From the NCBI GenBank assembly GCA_023481295.1, contig JAMCWF010000021.1, forward strand, positions 1 through 49,511: a DNA stretch of 49,511 bases, read 5' to 3'. Of the stretch, positions 1 through 7,404 are shown piece by piece. The notes under the pieces are model-generated. The model saw only the letters and a list, made by a program, of their open reading frames with translations, was not told where the DNA came from and did no database searches. Numbering within the stretch: the first letter of the stretch is position 1; every line of letters starts with the position of its first letter. This stretch comes from Armatimonadota bacterium. GTDB taxonomy: Bacteria; Armatimonadota; Chthonomonadetes; Chthonomonadales; JAMCWF01. Made by a program: the position numbers and the translations under genes.

Positions 1-59
1 CCGGTCATCGCGGCGGAAAAATCACAACTCAACAACATTGAAAGGAAACAGACAATCCG

Positions 60-722
60 GTGTTAAAATTTAACGTGCTGGTTCTCGCAGTGGCGATGAT
101 CATCGGCGTCGGCGCCTATTTCAGCCACGCATCGGAGCGAACCAATGGGCCGGTGGTCGCGGTGGTGGATATGCAAAAAGTTTACGATGAAAGCGGCCTC
201 CGCCAAATGAACGAACAGCAACTGATGACCTATGGCCAGGAGCTGGCGAAGCAGTTCAACGACATCAGCAATCTACCCTACCTGTCACCCACCGAGGTGA
301 AGGAGCTGAGCGACTTGATGATAAAGCCAAACCCAACCCCGGCCGATACGTCTCAGATGCAAGCTTTGGAGCAAAAATCGAGGCAGCTTTCACAGGAGAT
401 GAACAAGCTGCAGACGACCAGCGATAGCTCGCTCACCCCAGCCGATCGGGCCCGCATTCAGCAATTGGCGGGTATGATGAGTACCTGGCGCGGGTCGGTC
501 GAGGCGTTGACCCCGATCTACCAGAAGATGGCGAACGATCAAGACACCAAAACGCAGCGGGAGGCGATGGACACAATTCGTAAAGAGGTCGCAAAGATTG
601 CCAAATCTCAGCACCTAACGGAAGTCTTCAGCGTATCTTCGCTGGTCTACTGTGACCACGACATCACCAATGATGTGGTGAAGCAAATTAAAAAAGCCAA
701 GTTGGTCACTTTAAATCAATAG
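60..722 (+). CDS. OmpH/Skp-family periplasmic chaperone
   Basis: 220-aa ORF with GTG start and AAGGAAA upstream. Hydrophobic signal-like N-terminus, then a VAVVDMQKVYDES motif and a long Q/E/K-rich helical region typical of Skp/OmpH. Confidence 0.6.
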   Translation: MLKFNVLVLAVAMIIGVGAYFSHASERTNGPVVAVVDMQKVYDESGLRQMNEQQLMTYGQELAKQFNDISNLPYLSPTEVKELSDLMIKPNPTPADTSQMQALEQKSRQLSQEMNKLQTTSDSSLTPADRARIQQLAGMMSTWRGSVEALTPIYQKMANDQDTKTQREAMDTIRKEVAKIAKSQHLTEVFSVSSLVYCDHDITNDVVKQIKKAKLVTLNQ

Positions 723-736
723 CCGGAACCACGTCT

Positions 737-1462
737 GTGTCCAATCGGCAAGCTAAATTGATCCCGCTCGCTCCATCTTCGGCAAACTCGTCGTGTAATC
801 AGGTGCCGCTATCGGCCAAAGATTGGGATACCATCCAGCATGACCTGGCGCAGCCGCTGAATAATCTGCTGGAATGGGTCTGGCTGGTCGAGAAAAGCGA
901 TCCGGATGGCACGGGTTTGCTCTCCGAAAGCATGCGCCGGTCAGCCGGCCAGGCTTCGCGACAGGTGCTATGGGCATGGCGGCTGGTTGGTGCGCTGGTT
1001 CGCTTGGAGGCGGCGGCGGATGGCCAACGCTGGGATAGGGTTGCCATCCGCCATGAACTGCGACGACTGCTGCAGCCATACCTCTCTCCCGAGGTGGGTT
1101 GCGATCTCGATACACCATCCCGCCTGCCTCCTCTCTGGACCGATCGAATGCTGCTGCTGACCATTTTGGATTATGGGCTTCATCAGGCGGCGTCCCATTC
1201 CTACCCGTTGAGCCGTATCGCCGTTGAAATCAGCACCGATCTCCAAAACTTCCAGATCAATATCACGGCGTTCTATCGCTTGCCAATGGAATCGAACGCA
1301 CCGCCGAAGCCCACCCCGGCGCCCGTTCAGAGCTGGTTTGCGCTGGCCAACCGCTGCCTTTCCCACTATTCCAGTTGCGTGTATTGGGAGTCGGCTAATA
1401 GTCACATCCGATTACGCCTATACCTGGCCAGAAAGCGGTTGTTTATCCGTCATCCTAAATGA
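737..1462 (+). CDS. hypothetical protein with HisKA-like H-box, no recognisable kinase ATP-binding boxes
   Basis: 241-aa ORF with GTG start and no clear SD. Only motif-level resemblance (IQHDLAQPLNNL) to histidine-kinase dimerisation domains. Confidence 0.4.
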   Translation: MSNRQAKLIPLAPSSANSSCNQVPLSAKDWDTIQHDLAQPLNNLLEWVWLVEKSDPDGTGLLSESMRRSAGQASRQVLWAWRLVGALVRLEAAADGQRWDRVAIRHELRRLLQPYLSPEVGCDLDTPSRLPPLWTDRMLLLTILDYGLHQAASHSYPLSRIAVEISTDLQNFQINITAFYRLPMESNAPPKPTPAPVQSWFALANRCLSHYSSCVYWESANSHIRLRLYLARKRLFIRHPK

Positions 1463-1676
1463 GTTTGTTGACAGCAAACGCTGCGGTAATTACTCGGCTT
1501 TTTCGGCGCGTTCTCAGAGGCGGTTGGCGATGATTGCGGAACCCTATGTCCCCGGTCTATACAAAGGGAGGAGGGGGAATAGATTATCCGCGCGCGGGTT
1601 CCTTCCCCCTGATTGCCGGCAGTGGGGAACTGGATTCCCGCTTTCGCGGGAATGACGCATAATAAGCTCTTCGCAA
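1463..1676 (+). repeat. MITE-like modular palindromic repeat, copy A (degenerate termini)
   Basis: Contains GAGGGGGAATAGATTATCCGCGCGCGGGTTCCTTCCCCCT (1571-1610, shared with 32117-32156). Also contains the hairpin module CTGGATTCCCGCTTTCGCGGGAATGACG (1630-1657), which recurs at 12042, 28221 and inverted at 17119. Confidence 0.6.
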
Positions 1677-1789
1677 TGTAAAGTATATAATGTCGTGATT
1701 AATAAGAATATCCGAAAATTGGTACAGAAACCGCGACAAGTGGAGGATATCCGCAGTCGTCTACGCCTCGATGGATTTGTAATATGCTA

Positions 1790-4081
1790 TCATTTGGATG
1801 CGATCGGTGCAACCGCCTTTCTCTTTTTCGTTGGGGCCGGCGCCACCCCACTGCCGTTGCGGCTGCCTTCAGGTGAGGCAATGGGAGTTGGTTGCCGTCT
1901 CAGGTCAGACGAGCGTCGAATCGCGGCCAGCAACCCCCCAAGCACGATCAAGACGGCGCCCAGCCATACCACACCGATGCCGGGCTTGTAGATCGCCTGC
2001 ATCCAAATCCTCACCGCGGCCGAGGGGGCCGGCATTCCAACCAATAAGAGCGCCACCTGCTGTGAATCGGCCATTAAGTCGGCCAGCTCAACCTTAATAC
2101 GGGGCTGGTCGGGAAGTGATGGCTCGTCAATCGGTTGCTTTTGGCCGTTCACTGACGGAATCAGAGTGTGAACTCCCTGCGGATCGGTGACCGTGATGAC
2201 TGCCCCGACCCGAAATTGGTTGGCGGTTTGGCCATGCTCGAACATTTTAAAGCCCTTAAACAGCCAAGTTGTACGGCCGATCTGAACCGGAACGCCGAGC
2301 TTCAAGAGGATGGTCGGTACGGAAGGATGGCTCTCTAATTGTGTGGGAGCCAGATAAAGATCGTAGAGTGCCGTTCGGTGAATGGCCGGTGAATTGACCC
2401 AGCCGTTCGCGGTGGAAGTGAGCGTCATCCGAGCGTTGTACGACTGCCGGTCACTGCGCAGCATCAGGTTGAGCTGCCGCTTAATTTGATGCAGTGTGGT
2501 CGGCTGATTGTGCAGACTTTGCAAGTTGAGCTGATAACCGAACGCGGTGGCTGGGTGCTCTGTCGCGACCGAGATGATCTGCTCGCGCTGATAGACGGTG
2601 GAGACAAACGCGCCGACTACCAGTAAGGCGGCACCGATGTGGGCGAGCTGAGCTCCGGTGCGGAGCGGCTGCCTATCCCGGTATCCGTGGTAAAGCCGGA
2701 TTGAGTTCCCGCTGATTGCAAATGCGGCCGCGCCGGTGCAGATCAGCCATACCCAAGAGTGTACGCCACAACCCCAGGCAATGGCGCAAACCAGCAGCGA
2801 GAAGTAGAGCGGCGGGATCAGTGTGGGCTTTATTTCAGAAGGGGGTACCGGTTTCCAGCCGATCAGCGGAGCGAGCGCCATTAAAACGCAGATGATGACG
2901 GCGGCGGGCGTGCTTACCCGATTATAGTAGCTCTGCGCCACCGCAAATGAATGGCCGAACTGCGCCATCATAATGGGGGCGACCGTTCCGCAAAGGATCG
3001 CAACCGCAAGCGCCAACAATACCACGACGGAGGCAACCATCAGAAAGCCCTTCGACAGCAGGGAGGTGTACGCCGGCTGAGTACGGATGCTTCGCGCGAC
3101 CCGCCGGTAGAGGAACAGCGCAATTACGGCAAACGCGCACGGGAATCCAATCATCAACTGATTAAATTGGGAGCCAGCTTGGCTGAACGAGTGCACCGAG
3201 GTATCGCCTAGTATTCCGCTGCGGGTCAAGTAGGTGGCCAGCAGGACCAGCAGGTAGGAGAGCACCGCCAGCGCATAGTTGGTCTTGTGGAAGGAGGAGG
3301 TCACCCGCTGGATGATCAGGCCATGCAGCAAAGCGGTCAGCACCAGCCAGGGGACCAGCGAGGAGTTTTCAACTGGATCCCATCCCCAGAAGCCGCCCCA
3401 GCCGAGCGTTTCGTAAGCCCAGTATCCGCCCAGAGCGATGCCGGCAAAGAGCGCCACCCAGCCGATAATGGCCCACGGCATCAACTTGGTAATCCAATCA
3501 TTGAAATCACGCTTTAGCAGTGAGCCGAGCGCCATCGCGAACGGCGCCGCCAGCAGTGCGTAACCCAGAAACAAAAACGGTGGATGAATGATCATCCAGA
3601 TATTTTGCAGCAACGGATTCAGGCCGCTTCCTTCGGTGGGAATCGGGCCGTGAAGGACGGCGAATGGGCTTTTGGAAATCAGCAGTACGATCAGGTAGAG
3701 CTGGGCGAGGAGAAAGAAGGGCATGCGATAAGGCTCGTCTTTGCCGGAGCTGAAGGCCAGCACAATGCCGACGACGGCGGTTAAAAGCGTCCATAAGAGC
3801 AGACTGCCCGATTGGCCGGCCCAGAGAGCGGAGATCAGCAGGGGGGTCGAGAGGTCGGAGGAGCTGTATTCGTAGACGTAGCTCACCTCGAAATGGTGAC
3901 CCAGAAACAGCATCAGCAGGCTGCCCATCGCAATGACGATGCCGGTTGCGGCCAACCCCAGGCTGAACCGGGCCAGCTTCAGGCTCTCTGCCTGCCCCCG
4001 CAAGACGGCGATGTAGGCGTAGCCGGCGACCAGTGTGGCGATCAGCGCGATATAGATTGCCGAATGGCCCATTGATATCAT
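1790..4081 (-). CDS. ccmF: cytochrome c-type biogenesis heme lyase CcmF/NrfE family
   Basis: 763-aa polytopic ORF with Trp-rich WWD motif WGGFWGWDPVENSSLVPW and a CcmF-like N-terminus and C-terminal region. SD GAGGT lies 8 nt upstream of the ATG. Confidence 0.85.
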   Translation of the reverse strand: MISMGHSAIYIALIATLVAGYAYIAVLRGQAESLKLARFSLGLAATGIVIAMGSLLMLFLGHHFEVSYVYEYSSSDLSTPLLISALWAGQSGSLLLWTLLTAVVGIVLAFSSGKDEPYRMPFFLLAQLYLIVLLISKSPFAVLHGPIPTEGSGLNPLLQNIWMIIHPPFLFLGYALLAAPFAMALGSLLKRDFNDWITKLMPWAIIGWVALFAGIALGGYWAYETLGWGGFWGWDPVENSSLVPWLVLTALLHGLIIQRVTSSFHKTNYALAVLSYLLVLLATYLTRSGILGDTSVHSFSQAGSQFNQLMIGFPCAFAVIALFLYRRVARSIRTQPAYTSLLSKGFLMVASVVVLLALAVAILCGTVAPIMMAQFGHSFAVAQSYYNRVSTPAAVIICVLMALAPLIGWKPVPPSEIKPTLIPPLYFSLLVCAIAWGCGVHSWVWLICTGAAAFAISGNSIRLYHGYRDRQPLRTGAQLAHIGAALLVVGAFVSTVYQREQIISVATEHPATAFGYQLNLQSLHNQPTTLHQIKRQLNLMLRSDRQSYNARMTLTSTANGWVNSPAIHRTALYDLYLAPTQLESHPSVPTILLKLGVPVQIGRTTWLFKGFKMFEHGQTANQFRVGAVITVTDPQGVHTLIPSVNGQKQPIDEPSLPDQPRIKVELADLMADSQQVALLLVGMPAPSAAVRIWMQAIYKPGIGVVWLGAVLIVLGGLLAAIRRSSDLRRQPTPIASPEGSRNGSGVAPAPTKKRKAVAPIASK

Positions 4082-4159
4082 CTTAACTTACCTCGCTTTC
4101 GCACTCCGCTCCGCAGAGCGATGCTTCGTATCACAGTGAATTTCAATCATATCAACCCA

Positions 4160-4202
4160 ATCATACGTTCCAATTGCAATCCAATGTATGACACGGGTCA
4201 TA
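4160..4202 (-). promoter_or_regulatory. candidate class-II Crp/Fnr-type promoter for ccmF: box TATGAC-N4-GTCATA plus -10 TATGAT
   Basis: The palindrome spans 4187-4202 (center 4194.5). The minus-strand hexamer TATGAT at 4165-4160 starts 29.5 nt from the center, which places the box at -41.5. The half-sites are identical to the box at 10792-10807. Confidence 0.5.
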
Positions 4203-4230
4203 TCTTTCATATCGCCTCATCTGTAAACCA

Positions 4231-6696
4231 TCAAGGCGAGGTTTTGCTGTGGCACATCGAGCAGAATTTCTGCCGATCATGGCACTTAAAACAAAAGCTG
4301 TTAGCCTTAAAGGAGGCCACCTTGGCGTGTGTCATCGACCAGTCGGCCGGGTGCGGCATCGGCGTCTGGTGGCACCGATCGCAACTGTTTTGGCCATGAC
4401 AGATGGCGCATACCTTTTCCTGTCCTTTCGCTGCGGTTGGATGGGTTTTCGGCCAATTCGCATCGTGCGATGCGGGCTTATGAGTTTGGTGGCAGGCCAT
4501 GCACTCGGAAGGTCGGTGGCAGCGCTTACAGAGTGACGGGCTTTGCAGCGCAATCGGCTCATGCCCCGACTGCATCCAACCGGCCGGATGCGGCATGGCG
4601 ATCCCATGGCAATTCACGCAAAAGTTCTGGACATGGCAGTTGGCGCAGACCGGCGATTGCATTGCAGCGGCCGAATGGGGACTTTGGGCCGTTTTCACCG
4701 GGCCGATCGGCGGCAACACCTTTCGGTTTAGCCAATCCGCCGGGTGCGGCATGTTGGTTCGATGGCAAGTCTGGCAAAAGGATGGTTTATGACAGGTGCT
4801 GCACCGTAAAGTTCCGCTCAATGCGAGCTTTCCGTGCCGCTTCATAAAATCGGGCGCCCGATGTGAGACAGGCCGCGCACCCTGATGACATTCGACACAA
4901 AAATCGGGGGTATGACACACGGTACACTTGTGAGTCGCCGTCAGTTTGCCGTGTATTTGCAAAAAATTCGCTTGCTGATGCGACGGCGGCCGTGCCCCAT
5001 GGTGACAGGTTCGGCAGAAGGTAGGTGTGTGGCAACGATAACATGTGGCCTTGTTTTTGATGGCGGCATTTCGATGCATCCTCAACCAATAGGGGCCATG
5101 CAGAAGCTTGCGATGGCACTGATCGCACTGTTGCCGAGAGTGGCAGACCAGGCAAAACTTGGGGTTGACGGCGGAAGCCCCGGCATGGAATCGCAACCAG
5201 TGATGGAGATGGGAATTGGGTTTGCGGTTGCGGTGACAGGCTTGGCAGAACCGGGGCTGATGGCATTCGGCGCAGGATTGGGGGTCTTTCATCACCTCAA
5301 ACCGATGATTGAGCATAAACCCTTCCTCCAGGTGTGATTGCGGCTCCGGCGGCCCGATCTGCGGCGTGGATGGCATGGTAGAGGTTGGGCGGATGCTTTG
5401 AATGAATGACACCATCGCCACGATCTCATGCTGATTCAACTGAGAGGGCGGCATGATCGAACGCGGGTTGAATCGGGTTGGGTTGAGCAGAACCTCCTCG
5501 ATCGTTTTTTTTGTGAGCTTGCCGCCGGTCGCCAAATCCGGCCCGGCGGTACCGCCACCGCCGTTTATCCCATGGCAGGCCTGGCAGTGCAAATCGAGAA
5601 AGAGCTTTTGACCTTCCTGCTGCAGTGGGGTTAACTTGGGTGCGCTTTCAATCGTTGGAAGCGATCTCAGCGAAAGTGCCGTCACCGCCACGAAGACGCT
5701 ACCGGCGAGGAAGATGGAAATGGGGCGTCGAGCCAGCTTTCGTTCCGGGTTGTGATCTAAATAGGGCACCAGGATGAAAGCCAGCAGGGTGATACCCGGA
5801 ATAACCATGCCACCGATGAACTCCCACTTGCCGGTGAAAAGGTGGGCCAGCTCAAAGAGGTAGAGGAAATACCAGTCGGTGTGAGCCGGATATGTGAGGT
5901 TGGGATTCGCGGGAGGCGTGAGGTGAAATCCCAAAATCAGCGTCGCCAGCATCAGTATCACAAAGAGCACCGCGCAGCAGATCATGATCTTCACCGTATG
6001 ATCCGGGTGAAACAGGAGCGGCTTTTCGACGTTCTGCTCATCATCCACCTGGCGCCACGGCGGCGTGATACCCTTCACCCTCACCTGAAAAACATGAAAG
6101 ACAAGCAAGATCACAAGTATGGTCGGCAAGAAAAAGACGTGAATCGCGTAAAACCGGGTCAAGGTCAGCGTGCCCACCGTAGGCTCGCCCAGGATGGCCG
6201 CCTTCAGCCAGTGACCCACAATCGGAAGCGAGCCGGCCAGGCTCATGCGGATGGTGGTGGCCCAATAGCCGTTTTGGTCCCAGGGCAGCAGCGAGCCGGT
6301 TATGGTGAAGGCCATCGTGATGGTTAGCAGCAGGATTCCAATCACCCAAACGATCTGGCGCGGCTTTTTGTAGGCTCCCCAGAGGAAAACCCGTAAAATG
6401 TGAACCCCGACCAAGAAGGCGATGGCATCGGTGGTGTAGTGATGAAGACTCAAGGCCACCCTTCCCCAATAGACGCTGCGGATAAATTGGATGCTGTCGT
6501 AGGCATGGTCAGGAGTCGGGGCATAGTAGAGTGCGAGAAAGATGCCGGTGACGAACTGGATCACGAGCAAAAATAGGATCACCGCCCCGATCGTCTGCGG
6601 CCAGCTTATACCGGACGGCAGCGGATACACCAGAAATCGTTCGATATCAGAGACCAGTCCGGTCTGATCATCAATCCAGCGAAGGATCTTCTTCAC
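4231..6696 (-). CDS. fusion protein: cytochrome b6-like + subunit IV-like + monoheme cytochrome c + 18-heme tandem-repeat cytochrome c
   Basis: 821 aa. The N-terminus has four conserved b-heme His in helices (SLHHY, GVHILR, YAIHVF, LVFHVF), LPWDQNGYW and a Qo-like TDWYF. CQACH with a downstream IMPP Met follows at residues 371-375, then 18 further CXXCH at residues 475-816. The GTG start lies 4 nt after the Rieske stop. Confidence 0.9.
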   Translation of the reverse strand: MKKILRWIDDQTGLVSDIERFLVYPLPSGISWPQTIGAVILFLLVIQFVTGIFLALYYAPTPDHAYDSIQFIRSVYWGRVALSLHHYTTDAIAFLVGVHILRVFLWGAYKKPRQIVWVIGILLLTITMAFTITGSLLPWDQNGYWATTIRMSLAGSLPIVGHWLKAAILGEPTVGTLTLTRFYAIHVFFLPTILVILLVFHVFQVRVKGITPPWRQVDDEQNVEKPLLFHPDHTVKIMICCAVLFVILMLATLILGFHLTPPANPNLTYPAHTDWYFLYLFELAHLFTGKWEFIGGMVIPGITLLAFILVPYLDHNPERKLARRPISIFLAGSVFVAVTALSLRSLPTIESAPKLTPLQQEGQKLFLDLHCQACHGINGGGGTAGPDLATGGKLTKKTIEEVLLNPTRFNPRSIMPPSQLNQHEIVAMVSFIQSIRPTSTMPSTPQIGPPEPQSHLEEGFMLNHRFEVMKDPQSCAECHQPRFCQACHRNRKPNSHLHHWLRFHAGASAVNPKFCLVCHSRQQCDQCHRKLLHGPYWLRMHRNAAIKNKATCYRCHTPTFCRTCHHGARPPSHQQANFLQIHGKLTATHKCTVCHTPDFCVECHQGARPVSHRAPDFMKRHGKLALSGTLRCSTCHKPSFCQTCHRTNMPHPADWLNRKVLPPIGPVKTAQSPHSAAAMQSPVCANCHVQNFCVNCHGIAMPHPAGWMQSGHEPIALQSPSLCKRCHRPSECMACHQTHKPASHDANWPKTHPTAAKGQEKVCAICHGQNSCDRCHQTPMPHPADWSMTHAKVASFKANSFCFKCHDRQKFCSMCHSKTSP
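4249..5274 (-). repeat. in-frame tandem array of nine diheme modules (about 37-52 aa each) inside the cytochrome b fusion gene
   Basis: The pattern CxxCH-x3/4-CxxCH-x3/5-(P)H-x3/5-(W/F)-x3-H recurs nine times, starting at residues 475, 515, 552, 591, 632, 684, 723, 763 and 802. Confidence 0.85.
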
Positions 6697-6700
6697 CCCT

Positions 6701-7195
6701 CTAGGCTCCTTTTATCTTGATCAGAATTCGGCCGCCGACTACCTTATAAGGAAATCGGTCCAATGGGCGCGGCGGCGGTCCCGCTACCACCTGACCCTTG
6801 ATGTTGTACATCCCGTTGTGGCAGGGACAGTAAAACACCTTTTTGTCGGGCTCCCAACGCACCGCACAACCGGCGTGAGTACAGACATTGGAAAACACGG
6901 TGAACGATTGAAGATTTTCGGCCACCACATAGACGGTTCCGCGAACGAGTTGATCCAGGTAGCCGTCCTGATGGTTGTAACGGTAGGTAAACGCGGTGGG
7001 AACGCCGAGCACCACATCGGTCAGCAGGCCGATATCCAGCCAGGTCTCCTTACGCCGTTTGAACGCGGGGAATAGGCTGAGCGCGACCATTGGGGCCGAA
7101 AGCAGGCCGACCAGTAAAAAACCAAATAGACCCACCAAATAGGAGAGGAATCGCCGCCTATTCGTTTTCCGATGGTTTGAATTCGGGTGTTTCAT
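6701..7195 (-). CDS. Rieske [2Fe-2S] protein with twin-arginine signal
   Basis: CTHAGCAV and CPCHNGMY cluster-binding boxes, and an NRRRFLSYL TAT motif. I place the start at the ATG at 7195 (GGAGG 7 nt upstream) rather than the ORF-track start at 7276, which lies inside a repeat element. Confidence 0.85.
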   Translation of the reverse strand: MKHPNSNHRKTNRRRFLSYLVGLFGFLLVGLLSAPMVALSLFPAFKRRKETWLDIGLLTDVVLGVPTAFTYRYNHQDGYLDQLVRGTVYVVAENLQSFTVFSNVCTHAGCAVRWEPDKKVFYCPCHNGMYNIKGQVVAGPPPRPLDRFPYKVVGGRILIKIKGA

Positions 7196-7237
7196 CCTAC
7201 ACCTCCTTAAACTCGAACCCACGCCGCTCGTATAGGT

Positions 7238-7384
7238 GGTTGCTGAAAAATACTGCAACACCCACCGGGTCGTCATTCCGTGGCCGCAAAGCGGAACCCG
7301 GAATCCAAGACATTGACATCGGACTGGATTCTCGCTTTCGCGTGAAAATCGTAGCGGCGGACTCCCGCCGGTTTTTCAATAACC
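7238..7384 (+). repeat. MITE-like modular palindromic repeat, copy B
   Basis: Termini are GGTTGCTGAAAAATAC (7238-7253) and the inverted GTTTTTCAATAACC (7371-7384). Internal hairpin modules are GTCGTCATTCCGTGGCCGCAAAGCGGAACCCGGAATCCAAG and a degenerate CTGGATTCTCGCTTTCGCGTGAAAATCG. Confidence 0.7.
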
Positions 7385-7404
7385 TCACAAGCATGATCGT
7401 GTTC

